From the NCBI GenBank assembly GCA_001600695.1, contig BCKQ01000005.1, forward strand, positions 733,620 through 797,619: a stretch of 64,000 bases of DNA, read 5' to 3'. Positions within the stretch are counted from its first letter, which is position 1. The number at the start of each line of letters is the position of its first letter. The notes beneath the pieces were generated by a model. It had not been told where the DNA came from and did not search any database. It worked only from the letters and a program-made list of their open reading frames with translations. The stretch comes from Ascoidea asiatica JCM 7603. Its lineage: Eukaryota > Fungi > Ascomycota. Positions 10,953 to 25,055 of the stretch are shown here, one piece after another. Made by a program: the position numbers and the translations under genes.

Positions 10953-13611
10953 TAATAATAAAGTATTATTAATTATGGTTACTTATAATTATTGATTTCA
11001 AGATATTAGTTATTGATTATTTATAATTAATAATATAGAAAGAGATTGGAAATATTAGGAAAAGTATTCTGATGAAATTTTAGTTGTATTTATAACAAAT
11101 AATTTAGTTTTCGAAATTGATTTAAATAAAATAAGCTATAATCTCATAAAATAAATCATATAAATAACAGAAATTAAAAACTGTAACGAACTTGTTTTAC
11201 AATAGTAATATGAATAAATAAAAAAAAAGATATTTGACTGATTTTTAAGTATTGAATATGTGATTTAAAACAACAAAACAATACTAAATCTACTGAATTA
11301 TAATATATGATATGAAATGAAGAGAACGAATAAACATTATTATAAATACCTAAATTAAAGTAAATATATTTTAATTTTTGTTAGTTGGACATGAAAATAT
11401 ATTAAATAAAAATCTATAAAAGAGTGTAATGGAGCTAACTAACCAACTACAGACCTGGTTAGAAGCTTGTAAAATCAAAAAAGAAAGTTGAAAAACTGAG
11501 TTTAGTTAAATCTTAGTGAATAGTAGAATATTCAATATTCAATGAATATTCTAAGATCAAAAGATTTTGAAGATCCATTTTTGAATATGTGCTCAGCGCG
11601 CACACAGTACTAACCGCTAAGCAAGAGGCTTCACTGTCATGCGTTAATAAAAACACGTAGTATGCAGTAAATCACAGTATGCAGCGCTGTGCACTTCCAA
11701 AACTGCAAAAAACACAACCAGAGGAATCACACTGCGCTGTACATTACCTAACACATTTAGGACATAAAGCCCATAAATTTTAGGGACAACTGAATGCACA
11801 TTTCCATATTGTTGTATTTGCCCAATGCGCTCGGACTTTAGCGCTTGTTTGTTTTTGGGTAACTAGCGCAAAATGTAGGACGCAAAATAAGTTTGGTAGT
11901 ATTATTGCAGAATTTTTGTGGTACTTTTGTGTGATAGTGCGTGCACTTTTATCGTAAATATTCTTCTAATACAGAATTCAAATCCAATGATTAATATTAT
12001 TATTTATTCATTCATCTTTGTCACTTCCTTGTCATTGGTATGCTACCAAACTGAATATTGTAATAATTCTTCGTCATACTTTATTGAATTCTTTTTTATT
12101 TTTTGTTATTAGTAGACTTCCTTTAATTCAAGGTTTAAATATTTTTAAACCCTTTAAACCTCTCCTTCATAGCACTCCCTTTTAGAGAAAAATATTTTCC
12201 TTTATTGAAGGTTTTTCTTATGCCCAAATATCTAGCGTGTACGTAGCCAAAAATCATACAATGCATTCATTTTAATAGAAAATATGAATTGTATTCTTGC
12301 TCATTAATGCTGGAAATTTCCTATTTGGTGAATAGTTTCTATACCTAGGCCAATAGTCACAAGAACCCGGCAAATAAACAAATTTACTTTCAGTTTTCCC
12401 CATCAGATATATTAATATCCTCTTTGGCAAATGTATTATATTTCGGTGGCTTCTATGTAATTGCACAGATATTGTACAGATGTTGTACAGATAGGAAACA
12501 AATATTAATAGACAAGTTGACCAGATTTCATCGAGAACCAATCAGTTTTTTGCAGAGCTTATGCCCATAAAAAAGGGCTTTTTTGTAGATACTTGAATAC
12601 TACGGGTAATTATGCTGGAGCGTAAGCATCAGTAAGTTTTAAAACATCGTAAATGGAAACTTGAAAACCGTTTTGAAATATGTTTTTTACGTCATAATTA
12701 CTTATTGTAATATCAAGTTTCCAAATGCTTTTTGAAAATCGTTTCTATTCTGGTAATTGGCTTAAAACCTAGTATTTATAGCTGGTTTCGATTGATCTAG
12801 ACCCTTGGTAACCAAAGCATCTTCATACTTAAGTTTTACATTTAAATCATTTTACATCCACGCCCATTTTTGTCTCAAAATTTTAATTAAAAATTGCGAT
12901 AATTAAATTTGACTAAAAAAAGTTTTATATTTCTTTGTCATAAATTTTTTTCATTAATATTAAAAATAAATACGTTTATCTTTTTCTTACTATTATAATC
13001 ATCTAGAAGGTCTATAAAAGGAACCAATTATATATGTTTTGTTTTGTCTCAATTAAATTCAGCTAAATTAGTTTAAGTGATATTTTTTTCTGCGCGGGTT
13101 AAAATTTATTGCGCAGCGCTTCGCGTTTTGCTTTAAATTGCGATTACGCGACAACAAAATTGATAGCAGACTGGTTAGCTAATTTGTGGATTGCAGTAAT
13201 TTTAACAAATGCCTGCGCGCAATGTTATTCCAAGATTATTTTTTCTGTACCAATTCTTTTGCGGACCTAGAGGCTGTTACTGCTTATGTGCGTCTAAAAG
13301 TGCATTCCGGTTTTTTTACTCTGCATAGCGCGGCGTGGTTAGTTTTTGTTAATGCTTATCCTCATTTCCTTTTTTGATATCCAGAGCGGATATTCCCGCG
13401 TTGCATGTGTCAACTTCAAAGCCATAATTAGGGGTCTTCTTATATATAAAAAGATACTACCATATCTTATAAAATTCTAAAACGTTAGTCTTGCTTTAAT
13501 ATCCTAGCCTCTATCAGTGAAATTAAGTTAAAAAATATACGTACTCTTTATTCACTTTTACTGAAAGAGAAAACGTAAATAAATATCACTATAATATACT
13601 TTACCACCAAA

Positions 13612-13807
13612 ATGGCTATTATAAATAAAAATGTAGAAGATCAGGAATATGATGATAACCATTTGAATAATGATAATAATTACAGTTATAAACTTCACAG
13701 CAAAGATGAAAATATAGAGATGCAAAATTTATTACCAAGTTCATCCTCTTACTCCGATTCTTTCAATGTATTAAATAATACTGATAATAATGATCAAATT
13801 GATAACC

Positions 13808-13844
<37 letters not shown>

Positions 13845-15939
13845 TCTTCATCAAAATGATAGTGATCTGAATAATAATCCGAGTGACTATTATTCTCCAA
13901 CAAGCTTTGATGATAATGATTCTATTCATAATCAAGACCCCAATATAGCAGCAAATATTAATCCAGCTTATCAATATAACGATGCAAGCTTTGAAAAAAA
14001 AAATGCAATTTTCAAATTTTTAATTAAATTATGGTATGGCCCACAATATCAATCTGATTTACCATTTAGTTTAAAAAATAACTTTTTATTGAAAAATATA
14101 GAAAATTTTCCCTACAATTTAAATAAATCAATTTCAAAAAAATTTAAAATCATCTTATTCTTAGTTTATTTATTATCTTGGTTATTAATTTTTTATTCTT
14201 TGATTAATCCATATTTATCCATTTCTCCAAACTTTATAGATCATTCATATAATAAATTATTAAAAAAAAATATACCTTCATTTTCTTGTTTAGAGCAACA
14301 TACTTTCTGGAAAGGTAAAAATTCAAAATGTGGTTTAAATGCTGATTTATGTAAACCTCATTCTTTTTCTGATTTTGATTCAAATTCAGATTCAATTTCT
14401 AGTATTCCTAATAATGAGATAGTATTCAGATGCCCTGCTTTATGTGATAGAGGTAGTTGGACTTATTCTTCAATTCCAGTTGGTGATCAAAATATAAAAT
14501 ATAGAGGATATTTTATAGGAGGAGGAAGAATTCTGAATGAAAAAAATAGCAAAAAAGATGATGAAATATTAACTAATCCTTATAGAGCGGATTCATTTCC
14601 TTGTGGAGCTGCTGTACACGCTGGACTTGTATCTCCTTTATTTGGGGGATGTGTCAGAGCTTCTTTCATAGGTTCTCAATCTAAATTTTCTTCCGCCAAT
14701 GGTTTTTATAATTCAATCGATGATTCAATTTCTTTCGATTCTTTTTTCCCATCCTCATTTATATTCAAAAACTTACCTTCTCAAATCCATGGTTGTCATG
14801 ATCCAAGATTTTTGATATTATTTGTTAATTTTTTTTTTGGGTTTATAATAATATATCTTTGTAATAATCCTGTTTATAGTTATTGGGCAGTTTCAATTGC
14901 AGCATTTTGGACAATTACCTTAACCCTAGACCCCCCTTTAATCGTTAATCCAACAGATTCTGAAAGTAAAGCAACTTTGGTATCAATGAGTTTTCAGAGA
15001 CTCTTACCATTAGGATTTGTTTTATACACTCTTTGGCACATAGCAATTTCAAAAACTTTATCAAGAGCTTCTTCGCCTTTAGGTAGAGCTTTTATATGGT
15101 ATCCTTTATTTTGGCTAGGTGCTCTGAATAATATCACATTCGATAGACTTCCCGTTGATAGACTTACAATCAAGGATTTGAAAGAACAGCCAGGTTCAAT
15201 AGCTGCTGTAGGTTCTATTATTTCTGTTATTGCCATTGGAATTGTTATTCAAGCATATACTTTATGGAAATCAGGTCGCTTCAAAAAATATTTATCAATT
15301 TATCTTCTATTTGTATTTGCTTTAATTTTCTTTGCAAATTTATCTGGACTTACTTTAAGAATTCATCATTATATTTTAGGAATTTTATTAATTCCTGGGA
15401 CTGCAACAAGAAACTTTTCTGCTTTAATGTTTCAAGGTTTATTATTAGGACTAGTTCTTTCTGGAGTGGGAAGATGGAATTTTGCTTCCATTGTAGAAAC
15501 TTCAACAGCTCTTAGAAGATCAGATCCTTCTGATTTATTGGAATTAAGACCACCAAATGATATGAACTTCAACAATGAAACAAGAATTCTTCACTGGCAA
15601 AACTCTACTGATGAATCAAGCTCTTCCGGGAATATTCTATCAACTCGAAGTGCTTCCCTAGATGCTTATTCTTTATTGATAAATGATATTGAACGATTTA
15701 GAGGAATTGATGTATCAATTGATATTCAAAATCTAATAGATCAAAATGATGAGTTAAAGAGATTGGTGAAAGAAGAATTCGAGGAAAATAAAGATGAAAA
15801 TGGGGACATTACTCTTTATTTGAGAGTTGCAAAGTCATCTTCTAAAATTAATGTGGATAAAACTGGGGATTATTCAAAAGCTGCAATTTTAAGATGGCCG
15901 AGTGGAATTTTCGTTCCTCCAGCTGTTGGTGTTACATGA
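13612..15939 (+). CDS. LCCL-domain multi-pass membrane protein of unknown function
   Basis: CPALC...GYFIGG...YRADSFPCGAAVHAG LCCL signature, followed by several TM segments including RIHHYILG. Confidence 0.8.
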
Positions 15940-16392
15940 TTTGATTTGATTCAATATGCAATATTGGAAACCTTTACTGTAGATAATGACATTGTTTTTC
16001 TTGTTTTCAATCATTTTTTTTTTCTATGCATTTTTATATTGTCTTCAGACTTTTTTTGGATCTTTTTGATATATAACTTTTCTTACCCATTTTCTTTTTA
16101 TATGCATTTATAGGTGCTTGAACACTTTTTTCATTCTTTCTTCAAAACTTTCTTTGATATCTACAACATATTATACATAGTAACGATTTTCAGACAAGTA
16201 GTCGATCTTAAAAACTATGAAAAACTTTCGAATGACTATGGAATTCTGTTATTTTCAATTTAAAGAAATAGGTTGCGATAGCCATGTTACATAACTAGTT
16301 AATTTTTCTTTTGAAAAAGGGAAATTAGTGTATTTTTATTTTTTTTTTATATAATTGAAAAAGTCGAAAAAGTCTTTGGAAATTTCGAAAAA

Positions 16393-17473
16393 TTATTGGT
16401 CGACTTCTCCAGCACTTTCCCAAGTACCAGTTAAATTTTCTTTCCATACAGTTACTTTGCTATCTGCACTAGAAACAGCTAAGACATTACCAGAAAAAGA
16501 CCAACTAACTTTCCAGCATATGTCAGGAAATTTATCTTCTGTCAATAAGGTTTTAATCCAAGGACCTTGATTATTTTCTTGGGTCCAAACAATTACAGTT
16601 TTATCTTGAGAGGCTGAAGCAATATATGATTTTATTAATGATGATGGAGACCATGCTACGTCTCTAATCCAATCTTTATGACCTTCAAGTGATGCTTCCA
16701 AATCATAGGCCTTAGAGTTTTCATTATAAGCCCAAACTTTTACAAGATTATCACATCCTCCAGTTACAAATCTTCTTATTTGACTAGATGGTGTACCTCC
16801 TGGAGATGTAACATCTGAACCAGAAAAAGAAACAGGCGCCCAGGAGGCAGAATTAACCCCTGATTTATGAGCTTCAAATGCGGTATGGCTGATTGTTCCA
16901 TCTTCTTTGAATTGAACTATAGAAACTTGTCCATCAGAAGATGCACATAATAATAAAGCACCATATTCATGAGGAGCCCAAGAAATGCTATTTACAGAAG
17001 CCTTGTGTACAGTGTGCTTAGCAATACAACTCCATTTATTACCATCTTCTCTCCAAATTAAAACTTTTCCATCATATGAACATGAAGCAAGAATAACACC
17101 AAACTTAGGATGAGCCCAACTAACTTGCCAAACAGGACCTTCATGAGCTCTCAATGTTTCTATTAATTTTTGATTATCTCCATCTACTTCGAATATTTTT
17201 ATGGTTTTATCTGAAGAACATGTTGCTAAACGTTTTCCATAATAATCTAAAGATGCATCATGCTTTATAAAAAAAAAAATTATTTTAAAATTAGTATTTA
17301 TCCAGTGATTTATATAAATCATTTCAAATAACTCCAATTTATTGTAATTCTATCATTTTTGAAAATTACTTACAATTATATCTTCGTGTGCGTTTGTTAT
17401 TACAGTCTAAATTCTGGTTAGTATTTTTCATAAATTGATAAATTTCCTTCCGCCCATAATTGTTACTTACCAT
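16393..17473 (-). CDS. SEC13: COPII/nucleoporin WD40 protein Sec13; exons 17473-17471, 17406-17374, 17262-16393
   Basis: Spliced N-terminus [30 protein letters not shown]; [16 protein letters not shown]. Two GTAAGT introns with TAG and AAG acceptors. Confidence 0.95.
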
Positions 17474-18021
17474 TTCAAAAAGCTCTTTAACCAATTACAA
17501 ATAATAACCCCCAATATTTTATTAGATTTTTCCAATTAATTATGAAAGGTTGTTTGAAATATAATTATTTTGATAGTTTAAAGACACGAATTAATTTGAA
17601 ATTCAATTAAGATTTGAAGCTCTGAGCGGATGTTGAAGAAACTAATCTCAAGTCACGTTATCATGAATAACTTTGTTATTTACACTTTTAGGTCTTTATC
17701 GCTAAATTAATTAAAAGTGTCTAACGGTCCTAGGATTGAGAAGATGGGATAAAACTATTCTATTTACACTCCGAATTAATAACTTACTTCAAAGCTACTA
17801 AATAAAATAAGCATATCTTTAGTTAATAATGTTGATAGCTCTTTCTTAAGACAATTGAAAGCTATTTACCAGAGGAAAAATAGAAGAAAATTAACATAAA
17901 AAATTTGTTAAAATTAACTAGAGAACAATTACATTTCTTTTCAAAAAAAAAGAGAAATAAAAAAAAAAAATGCTCTAAAATAGTTGTTTAGCTTAACTAA
18001 TTTTCAAAAAAAATGAATAAA

Positions 18022-20803
18022 TTAAATAGGTAGGACCATAAAGTTAAATTGAAAGTCTGCCTGCATCCCTCCCATCCGTGGTTGAAGTTGAGGTGGCCTT
18101 ATATTTCTATTTCCATCATTTGGGTTTTGACCTCGGCGTTCTCTTTCTCTTCTCATTCGTCGTTGAGCTATTACATGAAGCAAATAAACGATTGTCAATA
18201 CCATAATAAAGAATCCAATTAATATCATATCATCGTAATCATCCAAACCTTCTTCCTCACTTGAAGTCTGTAGTTTTGGATCGCTACTTTCTGGAACAGT
18301 TTTTTTTGTTTCTATGTTTCCAAATTCGGATCCTGTAAAACGAGCTCTGAATAGCATTTTTATACATTCAATCCAACCTTTTTTCTTAACTTCTTCAAAA
18401 TCATTCTCATTCAAATAAAGATTAGAGTTATCTCCCTTAGAAAACTTCCCAATAAATCTATAGATATATGATTTGATATTGAGTTTAAATAAAGATAATT
18501 CAATTGCTATAGAAGCTTTTTTGTTTACTAATTCATAATATCTTTTAGCAAGGTGAAAATCTTTATGTACCCCAATACCGTTCTCATACATATAACCTAA
18601 ATTCCAATTTGCCTGACTAGAATGCTTATTTGAAGCAACCTGATAGCATGATGCAGCTCTTTTGAAGTTTTCTTGACTAAAATAATCTTCATAAGAGATT
18701 TTAGAGCTTTCAGTGACATTTAGATCAATGGATTTTCTTAATAGATCATAATAATACATATCCCCTAATAAAACCGTCGAATCAATATTATATTGCCTAG
18801 ATGATTTGGTAAGATAGTTGAGAGCAGCTAGTATACGCTCTTTAGTTTCCTTTGGGTGATTGTAAAGCTTTGTAGAAAGTCTGTATAAAATATAAGAAAC
18901 AGATGCTTGAGCTACTTCAAATCCTTGCTCTGCATCCATAGAATACCCTATTAATGCTAAACCATGATTTCCACCTATTAATTGATGAAAGCTAAATTCA
19001 AGATGAGATGTGAATGGTTCTAATTTCTCTAAAAATGCTTTATAAATCACAACATTATCATCGATAGAATCTTTATCATTGAAATTCCTTTCATATAATT
19101 GGCCTAGTAAATAAATTGATTCAATTTTACCTGAATATGATGACTTTCTCACTAGCTCGAAAATGGAAGCTTCATTAATAGACTCCTTTTCTTTGGATAA
19201 TACAATTCTATCTTCTTCTTCAGTTTTAACAATCTGATATAATGAATCCAAATATAAACGACCTAAATTTAAGCTTGCTCCATCATGAGATTTAGAAGCA
19301 GCTTTGAAATAATCAACTGCTTTCTTTAAATCAGGTTTTTCCAAGCCTAATCCAAAATTATATATAAGACCAAGGTCATTTAAAACTTCTCCAAAATTAA
19401 CTAGTTCTCTAGATTTGTTTAACCAATTGAATGCCTCGGTAAAATTTTGATCAACTCCTTCACCGCGTAAATACATATGACCAACATTAAACATACACTT
19501 TCCAATAAAGTGAAGTTCCAATGATTTTTCACTTGACATTCGTTTTTTCATTTTTTCCTTTTCATCCCTTGATAAATTGAAACGTTCCATATTACTCCTA
19601 AAACCTTCATAGGAACACTCATAGGCATATCTAAAAGCATCATCAAAATTTCTTTCATTCAAATAATCGCCTTCATAGGCAGTCTTTGAGCTATAATAAT
19701 AATGTATATATTTATGCCTACTTGGATCAATATTAAATTCATTTAGTAAATTTTTGTTATAAACATTTGAAACTTTTCTATTAATTGAAGAAGGAAGTTC
19801 ATATGCTCCATTTGCATTAAGATAATTACTATCACCCAGTTTAGAAACGGAAGAAAATTTATTAAAATCGGCAACTCGAAGGGAAAAACTCTCTATGTTA
19901 ACTCCGCCAATTGAAGTATATGGCTCGACATATTTTTGGAAAGCAATTTTTGATGCCAATGAATAGTAATATAATGCAGTATTTGAATTTTGTTCCACAC
20001 TAATTCCCATAAAATACCTATATCCCATTACCATAAGAGATTTAATATCTCCAAATTCAAGTCCCGCAACGTTAAAATATAAATTTGCTTTGGCTTGATT
20101 AATTGATAATTCTCCAAAAATTCCAGTACTATACATGTAACCTAACATATAATAAGCATTTGCATTTGGATTTATCTCTATTAATTTTTTATAATATTTT
20201 AAAGAATTAGTATAATTTACTGGGAAAGAATAATTTCCATAAAAATTTATTTCTGCCAAAGTTTGTAAACTTTTGGGATTGTTTAATTTAGCAGATTCTA
20301 CAAGTAAATCGTTCACTTTTTTTTGATTATCTGTAAAAAAGTAATGGCTTGAACCTAGTTTTGATAATTCCCGGGGAGGTATATCTATTATGATATTCTC
20401 AACTTGCCCATATAAATGCAAATTTCTTCTCTTTAGTTCTATGTTTGGCCATTGAGGATTATCCTTAAATCCTATCGAAGAAAATTTATCACCCTTCAAT
20501 ATTTGAATAGCTTGATTATATAATTGCTGAGAATAATTTGCAGTATTGATATCAAGATTTAAGTTCCCTTGTTCGGAAAAAAAATATTGGGATTTCGTAT
20601 CTAAAGCATCTTGAAGAAAGTTTTGATTTTTCAATTCCTGAAAGCACTGAGTGATATTTATAAAAGTTAAAAAAAATGGAACTAGAAGGAAAAAAAGAAA
20701 AATTAGTTAGTTGATTTGACCTTTAAATAATAATAACCAATCGGTCAAGTGAATGAATTGTAAATAAGAACATACTGTGCTTGAAAAAATTATAAAAATG
20801 CAT
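18022..20803 (-). CDS. HRD3: ERAD ubiquitin ligase subunit Hrd3/SEL1L; exons 20803-20776, 20681-18022
   Basis: Sel1-like repeats (WNLGYMYENGIGVHKDFHLAKRYY, AEQGFEVAQ) and a C-terminal TM. Intron 20775-20682 (GTATGT, AACTAAC, TAG) adds a signal-peptide-like MHFYNFFKHIPFFLTFINITQC. Confidence 0.9.
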
Positions 20804-21376
20804 TGGATAACTCTAAGACTTTGTTCTGATAACTTATTTTATGAGCAAAGAAAGGTGCTTTCTAATTCTAGATTGGTTCTATTAAAAGTCTTATTCGACA
20901 GAAAGAAAATACAAATAATCCATGAAAATATGAATAAAAAATACAAATACTTTTATTAATGAAAACTAATTATCTAAACCAGATTTATGATAAAATAACA
21001 ATATCAACTAGCTGCAGCTAGATAATACTCGAGTAACTTTACATTTTTATTAACACCTTGGCCGATTATCCGATTAAAATAATGGCTAACCAAAACTTTT
21101 GACGATTCCGTTGAAGTTATCAATGGTTTCTTGAAGGCCTAGAATATTGCGCAGTATCTTGTGCACGGTACGAGAAAAATAGCGTGAACTCGTAACGGTT
21201 ACTTGTTGAGCCAACGCAATACTGCACTGTGGAGGTCAAATATTACGTAACGTTGTTGGTGTACGGAGTGGAGGTTAATAAAATATTCATAATATTTACG
21301 ATATTTTTTTGACATTCAAAATAAGTTTATAAGTTAATGCAATGACCGTTCAAATGAAATTCAATATTCATTTAAA

Positions 21377-22465
21377 TCAAAGTTCATTTACAGTAGACTT
21401 GATAAGAATCTGAACATCTTTTGCAGCTTCATCGGCAGTTTCTAAAACCTCTTTATGACTTGCTTTTCCAGCATCTATGGAAATAGGATTTTCATCAAAA
21501 GCACTAGCTGGCTTATCACTGACACCAGAGTTGGTAATCAAACTTAAGGCTAATACTTTCATTCCACAGTGTCTTGCAATTATAATTTCAGGAACTGTAC
21601 TCATTCCAACAGCATCACAACCTGATGTTCTTAAAAATCTCACTTCAGCTCTTGATTCAAAAGTGGGTCCGGAAACAAAAGCATAAACACCTTCATGGAT
21701 TGATCTTTTGATATTATTTTTTATAACTTGTTGGAAAAAAAGTTTTCTTAAGGATAGATCATAAGCATCAGAAAGAGGAACAAACCTTGGGCCAAATTCT
21801 TCTAAATTAGGACCTCTAAGTGGATGATAACCACTTAATCCTGGGAAATTTATATGATCATTTATGATCATTAAATCACCAGGAACGTAAGAAGAGTTGA
21901 CCCCACCAGCTGCATTTGTAACAATCATTGAAGATACACCCAACAAACGAGCAACTCTTATAGGAAATGTAGCTTCTGAAAGTTCATATCCTTCATAAAA
22001 ACTTTATTTTTTCATTTACCTACTGTCAGTACTAAATAATTACCTTAATTATTAGAATTAATTTGAAAAGAAAATAAGAAAACTTACTGTAATCTCCCAA
22101 CCATGCACATTACAGGAACTTTATTTTCACCTATAAGACCAAAAAGTAATTTACCATTATGTCCAGGGACTTAATATAGTAAAAAAAAAAAAGTAAAAAA
22201 AATATTATGTTAAAACCAAAATGATTTATTGACCAAGTTTAAGTAAGATAAAGTGAATATTTTACATACCAGTTGACGTCTTGAATCCAGGAATATCAGC
22301 ATAAGAAATCTCAGAAGAAATTTCTTTATCAATGATATCAGCAATTCCTCCCAATCCAGAACCACAAATAATAAGGACTTTTGGATTTTGGAGTTCCAAA
22401 GGTAATATCGATGATAATTTCGATTTGGCATTAGTCAAAGATTCTAAATAATTAGAAGAAATCAT
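21377..22465 (-). CDS. PNP1: Purine nucleoside phosphorylase; exons 22465-22270, 22169-22088, 22001-21377
   Basis: Splicing gives IICGSGLGG...STVPGH...GRLHFYEGY...TNAAGG...GPTFES...VGMSTVPE. Confidence 0.95.
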
Positions 22466-23218
22466 TGTAAAATGAAAATTATTAAATGAAAACGATGCAA
22501 AATTATTAGCTTTTTGTTCATTTATTGAAAAGATTGTATTCTTTTCATTCTAAATCTGTCAGAAATTCGACAAGAGATAAGAAAAATAAATAATAATAGA
22601 TGGTAAAATAAATGTGTGGTCAAGCTTTGATTGAAATGCACGAAGAAGTATTCCGATAGCACTTCCAAGAAGTCGGTCTCCAATTTGGTTTTTTGGATAA
22701 ATATTGATTACGTAAATACTTTAATGATGGGAAATTTTTATTTGCTGTTGGAATCAAGTCAATTATTTTTTAATCAAAATGTAACAAGTTTATGGAAATA
22801 TTTCAATCACTTAGGTAAGTACTCTAGAAAAACAAGATTTTATTGACTTTTAGATATTAAAATCGACCGATAAATTCCAAACAAGAATCTATTTCTTTTA
22901 CAAAAATATCTGAACTTAAAATTGTAAAAACCCAAACTTTCAAAAAGATCAAAAAAAAATGATATAAACAACCATAAATATAATTTTAAATGAAAATGAA
23001 ATAAAAATTCTAAAGATATAACTTGAGATATTTAGATGTTTAATCAACGCATTCAACAAAAAAATCTGTAAGCTTTTAGACTATACGTAGAAATGAACTT
23101 GATATAATCTAGGTAGAACAATGCTCTAACTCGAACCCAAAAAGAAAATAAGATAACTGAAGTAAAAAACAATCAGATTGAATAATTCAAATTATCTAAT
23201 TTTCGAAGTCCCCAAATC

Positions 23219-23357
23219 TAGGGCTTTAATATGTATCGTGATTATAGCTGTACTGTGACTGTTTTTTCTATAATTGAAAAAGTTTGAAGAGCGATAAGGA
23301 TGCTTGAGTGATTACCATTACGTTATGAGCACCTAAATATAGACATCACCTAGGGCT
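23219..23357 (+). promoter_or_regulatory. RPS24 promoter: TAGGGCT (23219, 23351) and Homol-D TGTGACTG (23254-23261)
   Basis: Motifs match Tbf1/IFHL-type and Homol-D ribosomal-protein promoter elements. Confidence 0.55.
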
Positions 23358-23621
23358 CTCCTGTGCTTGGAACTCTTGAACGCCAGTTGTTCAGTCCGCT
23401 CCCAGTGCTTGGGGATATAACAACCCAAGAAGGTTTCATGGAAAGGATTATTCCACTTAAACAGGGTTAGCAGTTTTTCATTATTACATAGTTCTATCGT
23501 CCTAATGTTAGCAGGAAATTGAACTTGTTTAATTGATATATTAATTTTTGAAATATAATAAATTCAACTATTTATTTTCAACAGAATCAAATAGAAAACA
23601 GTAAGAATTAGCTAAGTCAAA

Positions 23622-24603
23622 ATGGTAAGTGAGAATACCAATAAATTAATCTAATTCAAATAAAATATGTTTATTCTAAAATGGCTAGTCAAATCGAGAA
23701 CTTTATTAAAGATGGAAAGAAATACATTAAAATCCAATTCAGATATTAGGAAAGTAAAAAAAAAATTGTCCAATATTGATACTCAATGAGAAACCTTCAA
23801 AATGAATATATCTATTTTATCATTTACAGGAAATTAGAAATTAAAAGGACTTTAAGATGAGAATACTGAGAAAATGGAGTTTGGATATTTTAAGTAATAC
23901 AATTGAAATACTTATAAATGATATTATTGCATTTACGTAAGAAAAAAAAATTAAATTTTTGTTTCAAAATCTTTATTGTTAATCTATTAGAGGCTTCAGA
24001 TTAAAGGTATATTTTTAAATAAAATATAAATGAAATATTTCAATTCTTCTTCTCCAAAATATTTTTTAAAGAAATTAATAATATCAATACTTCTACTCGT
24101 ACAATAAACCAATGATTTATTTGGAAAAGGCTCATTTTTATTTTTTTTTCTTTCATTCAATTAAGTTATTAATTACTAACGTTTATATTATATTATAGAG
24201 TGAAGCAGTTACAATCAGAACAAGAAAAGTTATTTCTAATCCATTATTAGCTAGACGTCAATTTGTTATTGATGTTTTACATCCAAATCGTCCAAATGTT
24301 TCAAAAGATGAATTACGTGAAAAATTAGCTGCTACATACAAAGCTTCAAAAGATGCTGTTTCTGTTTTCGGTTTTAGAACTCAATATGGTGGAGGAAAAT
24401 CTACTGGTTTCGGTTTAGTCTATAATTCAGTTGCTGATGCCAAAAAATTTGAACCAGCTTATAGATTAGTAAGATATGGTTTAGCTACAAAAGTTGAAAA
24501 ACCTTCAAGACAACAAAGAAAACAAAGAAAGAATAGAGGTAAGAAAATCTTTGGTACTGAACAAAAACATGCCAAAAAAGTTGCTAAACGTCAACAAGAT
24601 TAG
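23622..24603 (+). CDS. RPS24: 40S ribosomal protein S24 (eS24); exons 23622-23624, 24199-24603
   Basis: Absent from the ORF track. ATG-only exon, 574-nt intron (GTAAGT, TACTAAC, TAG), then [29 protein letters not shown]...[15 protein letters not shown]. Confidence 0.97.
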
Positions 24604-25055
24604 ATTTGATATCTGTCATATAATTTTTTTCAAAAATTGGCTTAAATTAATAAACATGTATCGTATGTATTATATCTACTTGTAGCTCTTATTCTTATTT
24701 TGTAGAACAATAATTTACCCTATATGTAGCGTATAAGTCAATTAGATTATCTTTTATCATTGAGAAATTGTTTTGTGGAATTGCTTGATTTTACATTATT
24801 TTGAACGGGCACCAAATTTAGTTGGTTCTACCGCCTGTAAAGATGATTGTAACTTCAGAAGACAATTTCCTAATAGTAATTGGGTAAGTTGCTCTTAAAG
24901 CATAATATTTTTGCTTATCATACTGTTCAATAACGATCAGAACATCTTTATTTACAATAAAAGAAAAATATAACTGCATTTCGAAATCGAGCTTTTGATT
25001 GAAATGATTTTTGATTTGATTTGAACACAATAAAAAAAGTATCCAAAAATTCTCA

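Noticed and set aside
23290-23480. Possible H/ACA-like RNA upstream of RPS24
   Set aside because: Only weak hairpins; better explained as an RP promoter, since a similar GC-richer patch precedes RPS13.
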